Of a stretch of DNA of 64,000 nt, positions 32,695 through 41,281 are shown in pieces (position 1 is the first letter of the stretch; the number at the start of each line of letters is the position of its first letter). The DNA lies in NCBI GenBank assembly GCA_041658185.1, contig JBBAAR010000008.1, positions 3,723 to 67,722 on the forward strand, given 5' to 3'. Source of the stretch: Elusimicrobiota bacterium. Lineage in GTDB: Bacteria > Elusimicrobiota > UBA8919. Made by a program: the position numbers and the translations under genes. Below the pieces are notes generated by a model, which had not been told where the DNA came from, ran no database searches, and saw only the letters and a list, made by a program, of their open reading frames with translations.

Positions 32695-32747
32695 TTAATC
32701 TCACCTGCTTTTTGCACGCAGCGTAAAAAGTCAGGCGTAGCGCTTTG

Positions 32748-33251
32748 TTAGACATTTTTAATTTTATTTGTGATTAAATCCCAGCGATTCAAATACTTAT
32801 CAATTTTCCAGCCATTATGATTTTTTCCAGGAGGAAGTACTAAACCTCGACATTTTGTTGATGCATCGTGCTTTCTTCCATTTTTTCCAGGTTTTGCTAC
32901 CCATACTTCATGTTGCTCTTGCATATTTTTTGCCATATCTTTACTTGGAATTATATAGTATTCAAAATCAGAGGATTGGGTTGGGTTTGGGATGCCGGCA
33001 ATTACCCAAAAAAATGTTTCGTTGTAAATCTTTTCAGACTTAATACCAACCATACAAGTATGACTGCCAGGCAAAAATGTTTTCACTTGAATATGAACAA
33101 AATCTGTAGCGGATTTATTTGTGCATAATATATCAACATTTGGACAATTACCCAGTGTAACATTAGCGACTAATCCGCGACGACATAGTTCAGCCGCAAC
33201 AAAAAATTGACTAGCACTCGCTCTATGGCTTTTATCATGTTCTTTTTTCAT
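32748..33251 (-). CDS. Hypothetical protein, possible PD-(D/E)xK nuclease fold
   Basis: 167 aa. 'AAELCRRG...VDILCT...IQVKT' spacing resembles an E...D...QxK core. Weak call. Confidence 0.35.
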   Translation of the reverse strand: MKKEHDKSHRASASQFFVAAELCRRGLVANVTLGNCPNVDILCTNKSATDFVHIQVKTFLPGSHTCMVGIKSEKIYNETFFWVIAGIPNPTQSSDFEYYIIPSKDMAKNMQEQHEVWVAKPGKNGRKHDASTKCRGLVLPPGKNHNGWKIDKYLNRWDLITNKIKNV

Positions 33252-33329
33252 ATTTATTATTTTCCTTTGCCTATCAATGTATTAGATGATACAAAAATTA
33301 TTTAAAATGTCAAGAAAAAAATGCCAGAT

Positions 33330-33345
33330 TGTTTCACGTGAAACA
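33330..33345. promoter_or_regulatory. 16-bp perfect palindrome TGTTTCACGTGAAACA (copy 1)
   Basis: Exact palindrome with a CACGTG core. ~80 bp upstream of the 167-aa gene start and just downstream of the rimO stop. Confidence 0.7.
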
Positions 33346-33346
33346 T

Positions 33347-34627
33347 TTAAGCAATCAGGTCATAAACATTTTTAACTTCAAGTATCTTCATTTTTATAAG
33401 AGCGCCCGCTTCTTGTTCGGATGAAAAAATAACCCTGCCGTCTATTTCCGGCGATTGAAATTCGCAATGACCGTATTTTCCGCCGTCAATCAAGACCTCA
33501 AAAGTTTTTCCGACCCGCTTTTTGTTTTTCAAAAAAGTAATTTTCTGCTGTTCCGCCATTATTTCACTCAAACGTTCTTTTTTAACTTTTAACGGGACTA
33601 AATTGTTCATTTTACAAGCCGTTGTTCCTTTTTGCGCCGAATAAATAAACCCGCCCAGCCAATCAAATTCTAATTTTTTAATATCATTTAACAATTTCGT
33701 AAAACTTTTTTCCGTCTCTCCGGGAAACCCGACCATAACGGTTGTCCTGAGTGCTATATCCGGAACTTTTTTTCTCAATTTCTCAATAGTTGAAAAAATT
33801 GTCTTTGATGAAGGTCTTCCCATTTTTTTTAACACTTTGTCATCGGTGTGCTGGATAGGAATATCAACATATTTGCAGACCTTTTCGTTTTCGGCAATTT
33901 CAGAAATCAATTCATCCGTGAAATGTGCGGGGTGAGTATAAAGCAGGCGAATCCATCGCAAACCGTCAATTTTAGAAATTTTTTTGAGAAGTAAAGCAAG
34001 CATCAATTTCCCGCCGTAGATGTCAATTCCGTACATTGTGGTGTCCTGTGCGGTAAGAATCACCTCTTTTCTGCCGGATTTTACTGCATTTTCAACATCG
34101 GTTAAAATATGTTCCATTTTTCTGCTTCTGAAATTTCCCCGTAGTTGCGGGATGATACAATAACTGCACCTGTTGTCGCACCCGTCGGCGATTTTTATGT
34201 ATGCGTAACTTTTAGGTGTTGAAAATAATTTTGGTTCGTCGGATATGATAAATTTCGGAATGCTAATTTTGCTCATCGGTTTTTCGGCTGCTGCTAAAAT
34301 ATCAACAATTTTAGTAAAATCGGAACTTCCCAGTATAGCGTCAATTTTCGGGAATTTTTGAAGTAATGCGGATTTTTCATATTGCGGGAGACATCCGCAA
34401 ACAACAAGTTTTTGGTATTTAGATTTGTTTTTTGATATTTGATTTATCGTATTGTACGCTTCTTTTCTCGCACTATCAATAAAAGCGCAGGTATTTATTA
34501 TAATGATGTCGGCTGTTTTCGGCTCGCCGCATAATGCATAGCCGTTTTTCGTTAAAATGCCGGCGACCGTCTCGGAATCAACCAGATTTTTAGGACATCC
34601 CAAAGAAATTATATGAACTTTTTTCAT
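33347..34627 (-). CDS. rimO: Ribosomal protein S12 methylthiotransferase RimO (radical SAM MTTase with TRAM domain)
   Basis: 'KVHIISLGCPKNLVDSE' N-terminal MTTase cluster. Radical SAM 'CDNRCSYC'. C-terminal TRAM. 426 aa. Confidence 0.88.
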   Translation of the reverse strand: MKKVHIISLGCPKNLVDSETVAGILTKNGYALCGEPKTADIIIINTCAFIDSARKEAYNTINQISKNKSKYQKLVVCGCLPQYEKSALLQKFPKIDAILGSSDFTKIVDILAAAEKPMSKISIPKFIISDEPKLFSTPKSYAYIKIADGCDNRCSYCIIPQLRGNFRSRKMEHILTDVENAVKSGRKEVILTAQDTTMYGIDIYGGKLMLALLLKKISKIDGLRWIRLLYTHPAHFTDELISEIAENEKVCKYVDIPIQHTDDKVLKKMGRPSSKTIFSTIEKLRKKVPDIALRTTVMVGFPGETEKSFTKLLNDIKKLEFDWLGGFIYSAQKGTTACKMNNLVPLKVKKERLSEIMAEQQKITFLKNKKRVGKTFEVLIDGGKYGHCEFQSPEIDGRVIFSSEQEAGALIKMKILEVKNVYDLIA

Positions 34628-34630
34628 TTT

Positions 34631-34683
34631 ATTGCAGAGCGAGTTCTAACGAGTGTCTCAAAGAAATTTGTTCCCGAGCGACC
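34631..34683 (+). repeat. Half copy (right arm) of the MITE-like repeat element, copy B
   Basis: TTGCAGAGCGAGTTCTAACGAGTGTCTCAAAGAAATTTGTTCCCGAGCGAC matches the right half of 9833-9945 at ~90%. Confidence 0.65.
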
Positions 34684-34685
34684 TT

Positions 34686-36512
34686 TCATTGTTTCACGTG
34701 AAACATTTTAAGAGCCGGCTTCGCTTCGCCGGTTTTATCAAAAAGGGCAAAGTCCGTCCACATTTTCTCCGTGTACCATTCCGGGCTCCAGTAGAAAATA
34801 CCCGCTATGTTTTTGTTTCTTGCGCATCCGTCAATAAAATCCGAAATCCACCGTTTTTGTCCGTCAACGGTCAACGGATAACCGACGACCGGCTTGTTCC
34901 ACGCGGCGAATTGTCCTTCAATTTTTCCGGAAGAAGGGTAAGCAAACTCGCAAATAATTACCGGTTTTTTAATCTCCGAAACCAGCAATTCCACAAATTT
35001 TTCCAAGTCCTTAAATGTGTTATGCGGGCTTAAGCCGGAAGAGGGAAAATAGGATAAACCGAGTTCATCAATCTGCACTCCCGCCGTTCTCATTGTTTTA
35101 TAAAAATTTCCACAGAATTCCGGATTCCACCATTGGGTAAGATGCAGTATAAATTTCGCCTGCGGGTTAACCTTTTTTATTCCTTCCTGCGCTGCTTTGA
35201 TGAGTTCCGCCTCGTTGTTCCAGATATTTTTTTTCATCCAGTTGATATTAAAACGCACGCCCCAATCCTCGGCGAACTCTCCGCATATACCGAAGTCAAT
35301 TTCATTTCCTATTTCATATGTGTCAATTTTTATACCTGCCTGTTCAAAAGCCGTTGCGGTATTTTCAGAGTATTTTTTTACTTCTTTGATTTTTTCGCCG
35401 AAAGATAAATTTTTCCATTTTTCCGGGACAGGTTGCTTTACATAATCAGCCCAAGTATCGCTTAAAAAAACAACAAGGTAGGGCTTTAAGCCAGCCCGCA
35501 CGGCCTCTTTTGCAATTTTAATGGAATAATCCAGTCCACTATGCCCGTTTTTATTTGTCCATAACCTTATTCTGAACCAATTAAACCCGTTTTCAGAGAG
35601 AATTTGAAATATATTTTTTGTTTTTCCGTTAATTTTCCAATTTATGCCCTGCTCCGACATATCTAACGAATAATTCGCATCTGCGCCGATTTTGAACTCC
35701 CGTTCCGAATCACCCCAGATAGCGGAAGCCCATTCCGGATGGTCAATAAACGGGTTGCGGTTTCCCTGAATTTGAAATATCGCTTCATTTCTGTCGTTTT
35801 CCTTTTGACTGACAGGGTCGCTTAAATGCCATTTTAGAAGCGTTTTTATTGCCCAGTCGTTAAAATTCCCGCCGTTTTCCGTTACCATCTCGCTTTTTGA
35901 ACAATTAAGCGGGTCCTCGCCCGTCATATATCTTACGACAAAGTAAAAATATCCTCTCGCAAAATCGCCCTTAAATTCATCCGACGGCTCAAATACGTCG
36001 CCCTCAAAACCAAGTCCTTCCCGCGATTTTCCTACTTTTGAAATGCCATACTGCTGATAACTTTTTCCGACCTCGCCCAATGGTTTAACCCCTTTTTGTC
36101 CGTTTGTATGGGCGTCCGCCAAAATAACATTAAAGAGGTCGGAATGCGCGGGCGTATCTTTCCCGCCGCCCCACCAATCTTTAGGCCAGGAATGTTCGCG
36201 GGTTAAAAAACCACCGACCTCGCCGGTTTTTCCGGATTGAACGGACTCAAAAGAGTCAAAGTTATATCCCGAATACATACACCACGGTTTGCCTTCCGGC
36301 GTTGCGTCGGTTTTTTCAAAATATTTCCAAAGTTCCGAGTAATCCGGGACGGAATGGTCTTTTATTATATTATGCAACGATACCCTTAATTCATTCTCGA
36401 TTTTTCCTTTTGCGGAGTCATAGTATCCTTCCGGCTCTTCTGAAAACAGAGAACAACAGGAAAAAACTAAAATGGCCGCAATAATTATATTCTTTCTTTT
36501 TTTCCGTAGCAT
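34686..36512 (-). CDS. Secreted fusion protein: Endonuclease I (EndA/Vvn family) N-terminal domain + glycoside hydrolase family 53 (endo-1,4-beta-galactanase-like) C-terminal domain
   Basis: N-terminus: signal peptide, then 'GFLTREHSWPKDWWGG...HSDLFNVILADAHTNGQKG' (Endonuclease_1 NREH/DLHHL-like motifs). C-terminus: 'FNWFRIRLW', 'VVFLSDTWADYVKQP', 'YEIGNEIDF' (GH53 HYSDTWAD and catalytic-Glu GNE motifs). 608 aa. Confidence 0.7.
   Translation of the reverse strand: MLRKKRKNIIIAAILVFSCCSLFSEEPEGYYDSAKGKIENELRVSLHNIIKDHSVPDYSELWKYFEKTDATPEGKPWCMYSGYNFDSFESVQSGKTGEVGGFLTREHSWPKDWWGGGKDTPAHSDLFNVILADAHTNGQKGVKPLGEVGKSYQQYGISKVGKSREGLGFEGDVFEPSDEFKGDFARGYFYFVVRYMTGEDPLNCSKSEMVTENGGNFNDWAIKTLLKWHLSDPVSQKENDRNEAIFQIQGNRNPFIDHPEWASAIWGDSEREFKIGADANYSLDMSEQGINWKINGKTKNIFQILSENGFNWFRIRLWTNKNGHSGLDYSIKIAKEAVRAGLKPYLVVFLSDTWADYVKQPVPEKWKNLSFGEKIKEVKKYSENTATAFEQAGIKIDTYEIGNEIDFGICGEFAEDWGVRFNINWMKKNIWNNEAELIKAAQEGIKKVNPQAKFILHLTQWWNPEFCGNFYKTMRTAGVQIDELGLSYFPSSGLSPHNTFKDLEKFVELLVSEIKKPVIICEFAYPSSGKIEGQFAAWNKPVVGYPLTVDGQKRWISDFIDGCARNKNIAGIFYWSPEWYTEKMWTDFALFDKTGEAKPALKMFHVKQ
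34690..34705. promoter_or_regulatory. 16-bp palindrome TGTTTCACGTGAAACA (copy 2)
   Basis: Overlaps the last codons (MFHVKQ*) of the nuclease-GH53 gene and lies ~65 bp upstream of the rimO start. Confidence 0.7.
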
Positions 36513-36526
36513 ATTATTATATTAAC

Positions 36527-36768
36527 CTTATTATTTCTCGCTGAGCGAGCAAGAAATTTGTAATCATATCGCCGAGCGAGGGAGTTGGTGAGTCGGGTTT
36601 CTCACAGGTCGGCTTACTCTTTCAGCCGACCGGGAGAGAGCACTGCATCAAGCAGAGACAGCGTTCCGACGAGACAATTCCCGTGCGACCGAAGCCGACA
36701 GGGCGGTCGGATGAGCGACCAAAGGGAGTCCCTTTAGGGGTGTTTCCGACAAATTTACTTGCGAGCGA
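36527..36768 (+). repeat. MITE-like repeat element, copy C, with the central segment replaced or expanded by a ~185-bp GC-rich structured insert
   Basis: Left arm TTTCTCGCTGAGCGAGCAAGAAATTTG and right arm AAATTTACTTGCGAGCGA match the termini of copies A and D. The interior (36561-36745) is ~60% GC, versus ~36% for the genome. Confidence 0.6.
36561..36745. ncRNA. Candidate structured ncRNA (unknown class) inside repeat copy C
   Basis: Multiple stems: GTCGGCT-N9-AGCCGAC, CGGGA...TCCCG enclosing CTGC-AUCAA-GCAG, CCGAC-AGGGCG-GTCGG, AAAGGGAGTCCCTTT. Sits in the 5' leader region of the nuclease-GH53 gene (minus strand). Confidence 0.35.
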
Positions 36769-36769
36769 T

Positions 36770-36785
36770 TGTTTCACGTGAAACA
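36770..36785. promoter_or_regulatory. 16-bp palindrome (copy 3, extended to the 20-bp ATTGTTTCACGTGAAACAAT)
   Basis: Perfect 20-bp palindrome at the 3' end of the DUF2723 gene and ~260 bp upstream of the nuclease-GH53 start. Confidence 0.7.
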
Positions 36786-36786
36786 A

Positions 36787-38529
36787 TTATCTTTCATACT
36801 CCGATTTCCGGAGAAACTCCATCTCCGCTTCTTTTTTCAAACCCGCCTGCGAAAGAATAACTCCGGCATTGACGGATGCGTCTGTATAATACGAAATCAC
36901 AGTTTTTTCATAGTAATCAAGTTGGTTTTTAGGTTTTCTAAAAGGATAGAGTTCAAAAAGGAAACTGCCGCTGCTGACCTTTTCCGCTTTTTGAATTGCA
37001 GTCGCATTTTTAATCACCCTGCAGCCCAGGCCCCGCGGGATAACATAATTTTCAAGCCCCGGATGCACGCCTTCGGTAAAAACGGGCTCTTTGTCCGATT
37101 TTTTAAGAAGCGCATCAACAGTAGAAACAGAATTTTCATTGTAAAAAATTTCGGGGTATTTCTGCTCGTATTCGGCAATCCGCCAGGGCATAAATGAACT
37201 CAGAATTACTTTTACATCCCGCCGCATTTTTTCAACATTTTGAAAATAATTAACGGTAAAAATAGGTATGTCGGCGGTCATTAAAAGATAGGAATTTTCA
37301 GGAATTGAACGGAGCAGGTTTTTACCGTAATCGTGGGCAAGAAAATTGTTCCGCTTGTCTAAATGTTGAAAATTTTGGTAAAACAGAAATCCCGGCAAAA
37401 TGAGAAAAAGCGGGGATAAAATACGGGAAAAAAGTACCTGTCCCTTTATTATATCCATAAGTCCGCCAATCCCCATACCTATTATTAAGGCAATAAAAAC
37501 AGAGGACAAAACGCAAGCCGGTTCAAGTATCACAAGTGAAAATTCATTGTTCGGCAGTCGGGAGAGTAATATAAAAAACGGTCCGGTGAACAGGAAAAAA
37601 AAGAGCATTGTTTTTCCGAACCCGCCTTGAAGGTCTCTAAAACAGAAAAAAACACCGCTCGCCGTCAAAATAATGCCGAGCCGTCCGAATTGGTTCCTAA
37701 ACAATTGCCAAAACATTTTTGCAGAATCTTTAAGCGTATTTCCGTGCGCCGCGCCGGAATGCCTGCTTGAAAGTTTGACCGTGCCGTAGTCGGTCCTCAT
37801 CAAAACATTCGCAAAACTGCTTATTGTCTGCGGATTGCCCCAGTTGTTTAACGGCTGTTGCTTCGCCCTTATAGGAAGGAAAATATAAACGGAAAAGCCG
37901 AGAAGAAAAAACAGCGAGAGGGAGAGCAATTTTACCTTTTTACGCTTTAATAAATAATAAATTATTCCTGGGAGTAAAAGCACAAGCGTATGGTGGTTTC
38001 CGAGACCCAAACCGAATAAGAAAGCGGCGAGGAGCGTGTAGTTGCCGGGCTTGTTCGGCTTAGTAGCAAGTAACAAATAAACTATCAAAATGGCGAAAAG
38101 GGCGTTCATTGAGTATATTTCCGCCAAAATGGATTGCCGCCAAAAAGCAGTGGAAAACGCCAGCGTTAACGCAGATATAAAGGCAGTGAAGGAAAGCGAA
38201 AAAAAGTGAAAAAAAGTGTTTGACGAACTGCTTTCATTCAATCTCGCCCACTTCCGTTCACTTCTTTTCACTATTAAATAGACCATCATAACGGTTAATG
38301 AAGATGTAAAAGCGGAAAAAATGTTCAAACGGTAGCCGATGTTTCCGAAAGGAATTAGAATCGTCCATATTTTGCCGAGAATCACATAAACGGGATACCC
38401 CGGCGGATGTGCTATTCCCAGAGTAAAAGCAGAAGCGGTTAAATCACCTGCGTCCCTGAAAGGCGAAACGGAGGGGTAAAGAGTATAAAGATATGTTGAA
38501 AAACTGATTAAAAACAGAAAAATAGCCAT
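36787..38529 (-). CDS. DUF2723-family (TMEM260-like) GT-C-fold membrane glycosyltransferase-like protein
   Basis: 580 aa. N-terminal 'YPSVSPFRDAGDLTASAFTLGIAHPPGYPVYVILGKIWTILIPFGNIGYRLN' is ~70% identical to the same segment of 61204..63084. Multi-TM. C-terminal soluble region. Confidence 0.65.
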   Translation of the reverse strand: MAIFLFLISFSTYLYTLYPSVSPFRDAGDLTASAFTLGIAHPPGYPVYVILGKIWTILIPFGNIGYRLNIFSAFTSSLTVMMVYLIVKRSERKWARLNESSSSNTFFHFFSLSFTAFISALTLAFSTAFWRQSILAEIYSMNALFAILIVYLLLATKPNKPGNYTLLAAFLFGLGLGNHHTLVLLLPGIIYYLLKRKKVKLLSLSLFFLLGFSVYIFLPIRAKQQPLNNWGNPQTISSFANVLMRTDYGTVKLSSRHSGAAHGNTLKDSAKMFWQLFRNQFGRLGIILTASGVFFCFRDLQGGFGKTMLFFFLFTGPFFILLSRLPNNEFSLVILEPACVLSSVFIALIIGMGIGGLMDIIKGQVLFSRILSPLFLILPGFLFYQNFQHLDKRNNFLAHDYGKNLLRSIPENSYLLMTADIPIFTVNYFQNVEKMRRDVKVILSSFMPWRIAEYEQKYPEIFYNENSVSTVDALLKKSDKEPVFTEGVHPGLENYVIPRGLGCRVIKNATAIQKAEKVSSGSFLFELYPFRKPKNQLDYYEKTVISYYTDASVNAGVILSQAGLKKEAEMEFLRKSEYER

Positions 38530-38545
38530 TGTTTCACGTGAAACA
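38530..38545. promoter_or_regulatory. 16-bp palindrome TGTTTCACGTGAAACA (copy 4)
   Basis: Abuts the start codon of the DUF2723 gene (minus strand), in the divergent intergenic region with the TPR gene. Confidence 0.7.
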
Positions 38546-38907
38546 TTAAATGATTTGGTATAATTGGAGACCGTTGAAAAACCTTGTTTTTGTAGGCACG
38601 GTCTATGACCGTGCTAATATGCCATAGACGGAGTACGAACAAAGTTCGTGTCTACAATAAATATACCAAACACTTTTTCACCGGTATTATTATACAAAAA
38701 ATTTAGTTTAATTCAAGTCCTGTTGGATTAAGATTCTCTATCTAATTGGGGCAAGCCCGCCAAAAACAAAAAATCGTTCTGCATTTTTTTTGTTGTATTT
38801 TTTCAAAAATTTTGTATAATTTTTTTAGATGGAAAAAGACTTTTTCGTTAGAAAAACCGGAAAAACAGGGGAAACCAGAACCGTCCCCGTATTGCGTTGA
38901 GAAATAT

Positions 38908-41118
38908 ATGAAAAAACGTTTAGAGAATACCGTCCCGAATCACCTCTGGAAACAATGGATTGCAATTGGGATAATAGTTTTGGCAACAACAGTTGTCTAT
39001 TATAACTCACTAAAAGCACCGTTTATATTTGATGATATTGGAAAAATTGTTGAAAATCCCGATATAAACGATTTAAGAAATCTCAAAACAAAACTCATTT
39101 ACCCTTATAGTAAGAATAAAATATGGGAGCGAAACGATCCATCCCGCCCAGTTACATATTTGACTTTTACACTAAATTATTATTTTGGGAAATTAAATAC
39201 TTTCGGTTATCATCTATTTAATCTGCTCATACATATATTTAATGCGATTCTGCTGTTCTTTTTGACAAAAAAAATGATATTGTATCTCTGTAAGAAAGAT
39301 TCTGTTGTTTTCTCTTTTTTTGTGGCATTGTTTTTTGCCGTTCATCCAATCAACACAGCCGCAGTAACGTATATTTTTAGTCGTTCCGATGTTTTAGCTA
39401 CTTTTTTTTATATTTCATCTTTAATGTTATTTATAAAAACACGAGAAGTGACTTCGGACTTTGGACATCGGACACTTTTATACATTTTATCATTAGTGTG
39501 TTTTATATTAGCCCTTTTCTCAAAGCAAATAGCAGTAACTTTGCCTGCGATAGTGCTGGCTTTTGATTATATTTTCCTGAACGATTTCAGTGCAAAAAAA
39601 ACTCTTGAAAAAAAATATTATCACATACCGTTCTGGATTCTACTGATTGCGTATTTATTATTCCGATATTTTTATTTTGGCGGGCTGGGAGATGTAGAAG
39701 CAGAGACAAAAGATACTTGGAATAGATATTCCTATTTAATTATTCAGCCATACATAATTTTAAAGTATTTAAAACTGTTGCTTATTCCTATCGGACTTTG
39801 CATAGACCATCTAATCAGCCCTGTAAAAACATTGGAATTAAAAACAATAATATCTTTTTTGTCTCTTGCGGTAATATTCCGGTTAACTTACAGGACTTAT
39901 AAAAAGAAAACAGATATTTCAAAGATAATTCTATTTTGTGTGTTGTGGTTTTTTATAATTTTATCTCCGACATCCAGTTTTTTTCCTACCACCAGTGCAT
40001 TAGTTGAGAACCGGCTGTATATTTCAGGTATTGGATTTTATTTTTTTATTACTTTTTTGTATTTTAAAATATTTAAGATAGATTTTGCACTTGCGCAGGA
40101 GTTGAATTTAACCCGGAATTGGATTTTATTTAGTGTTATAATGCTTCATATTTCCCTGCTTGGTTATGGGACAATAAAACGAAATCAACTTTATCAAAAT
40201 CCTATATTACTATGGCAGGATGTTATTTCAAAATATCCTAATAATCCAAGAGCATATACCAATCTCGGACTTTTATTGGAAAAGTTAAACAGATTTACAG
40301 AAGCGGAGAAAGAATACAGGGAGGCGATAAGGATAAATCCGAATGCTGAAAAAGCGCACAACAATCTCGGCGGTTTATTGTGTAATTCAAAAAGATTTAA
40401 AGAAGCAGAGAGAGAATTCAGAGAGGCAATAAGAATAAATCCAAATAATGCAGGAGTGCACTACAATTTCGGACTTTTATTGTATACTTCAAAGAGATTT
40501 AAAGAGGCAGAGAGAGAATTCAGGGCGGCAATAAGAATAAATCCAAATTATTTAGAGGCGCACAACAATCTCGGCGGTTTATTGTATAATTCAAAAAGAT
40601 TTGAAGAAGCAGAGAGAGAATTCAGGGCGGCAATAAGAATAAATCCAAATTATTCAGAGGCGCACTACAATTTCGGACTTTTATTGTATACTTCAAAGAG
40701 ATTTAAAGAGGCAGAGAGAGAATTCAGGGCGGCAATAAGAATAAATCCAAATTATTTAGAGGCGCACAACAATCTCGGCGGTTTATTGTATAATTCAAAA
40801 AGATTTAAAGAAGCAGAGAGAGAATTCAGGGCGGCAATAAGAATAAATCCAAATTATTCAGAGGCGCACAACAATCTCGGAATTTTATTGGTAAGGTTAA
40901 ACAAATTGGAAGAAGCAGAAAAAGAATTCAGGGAAGCGATAAGGATAATGCCGAATAATACAGAAGCACACTACAATTTAGGCAATTTGTATTATGAACT
41001 GAAAGAATATAACAAGGCACTTCGAAAATTTGAAACTGCTTTAAGATTGTCACCAGACAATCAATTTATTCAAGATAAAATCAAGTTGTTACGTCAATTA
41101 ACGATGGAGAGGAAGTAA
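38908..41118 (+). CDS. TMTC/DUF1736-like membrane GT-C protein with a C-terminal TPR array
   Basis: 'PFIFDDIGKIVENPDI' is the FxxDD motif of the PMT/TMTC-like family. ~11 TM. C-terminal ~10 TPR units. Start taken at the internal ATG (38908); the ORF track begins at 38746. Confidence 0.7.
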   Translation: MKKRLENTVPNHLWKQWIAIGIIVLATTVVYYNSLKAPFIFDDIGKIVENPDINDLRNLKTKLIYPYSKNKIWERNDPSRPVTYLTFTLNYYFGKLNTFGYHLFNLLIHIFNAILLFFLTKKMILYLCKKDSVVFSFFVALFFAVHPINTAAVTYIFSRSDVLATFFYISSLMLFIKTREVTSDFGHRTLLYILSLVCFILALFSKQIAVTLPAIVLAFDYIFLNDFSAKKTLEKKYYHIPFWILLIAYLLFRYFYFGGLGDVEAETKDTWNRYSYLIIQPYIILKYLKLLLIPIGLCIDHLISPVKTLELKTIISFLSLAVIFRLTYRTYKKKTDISKIILFCVLWFFIILSPTSSFFPTTSALVENRLYISGIGFYFFITFLYFKIFKIDFALAQELNLTRNWILFSVIMLHISLLGYGTIKRNQLYQNPILLWQDVISKYPNNPRAYTNLGLLLEKLNRFTEAEKEYREAIRINPNAEKAHNNLGGLLCNSKRFKEAEREFREAIRINPNNAGVHYNFGLLLYTSKRFKEAEREFRAAIRINPNYLEAHNNLGGLLYNSKRFEEAEREFRAAIRINPNYSEAHYNFGLLLYTSKRFKEAEREFRAAIRINPNYLEAHNNLGGLLYNSKRFKEAEREFRAAIRINPNYSEAHNNLGILLVRLNKLEEAEKEFREAIRIMPNNTEAHYNLGNLYYELKEYNKALRKFETALRLSPDNQFIQDKIKLLRQLTMERK
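40260..40960 (+). repeat. Near-identical tandem 102-bp (34-codon) TPR-encoding DNA repeats
   Basis: ~7 units alternating two subtypes ('YLEAHNNLGGLLYNSKRFKEAEREFRAAIRINPN' and 'YSEAHYNFGLLLYTSKRFKEAEREFRAAIRINPN') with >90% nucleotide identity. Confidence 0.85.
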
Positions 41119-41281
41119 GAAACATAGTTGCAGACGAGATAAAAATGCAAGGAATGAAAGTAAAAGGCAACGTTTAAAAATTTGCGGGTTGTTTTTGTGG
41201 ATAACGTCCTTACAATATTAATTATGGATCGGTTAAATCTTTAAAATCTACAATTTTTAATTTATTTTTTGGGAGGATTCT

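Noticed and set aside
34689-34706. The palindrome ATGTTTCACGTGAAACAT translating to MFHVKQ/MFHVKH on both strands. MFHVKQ appears both as the C-terminus of the nuclease-GH53 protein and as the N-terminus of ORF 36769..37197.
   Set aside because: This is a consequence of palindromic symmetry, not a conserved peptide. ORF 36769..37197 is antisense to the DUF2723 gene and spurious.
36561-36745. Attempts to assign the GC-rich structured element to ZTP, SRP, tmRNA, hammerhead or RNase P classes.
   Set aside because: None of the class-defining conserved nucleotides (for example CUGAUGA/GAAA, GGAAGCAGCC, UCCACCA tail, tag-peptide ORF) could be found by eye. It is left as unknown.
38560-38700. Stem-rich segment (GCACGGTC-TAT-GACCGTGC; TACGAAC-AAA-GTTCGTG) examined as a possible tRNA or small RNA.
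   Set aside because: There is no tRNA-like T-arm (GTTCGA.TCC) or cloverleaf spacing. It is more likely a divergent-promoter or terminator structure. It is kept only as a low-level note.
40260-40960. Regular ~102-bp repeats that could superficially resemble a CRISPR array.
   Set aside because: The repeats are in frame, encode TPR units and have no short spacer-repeat structure. They are protein-coding tandem repeats.
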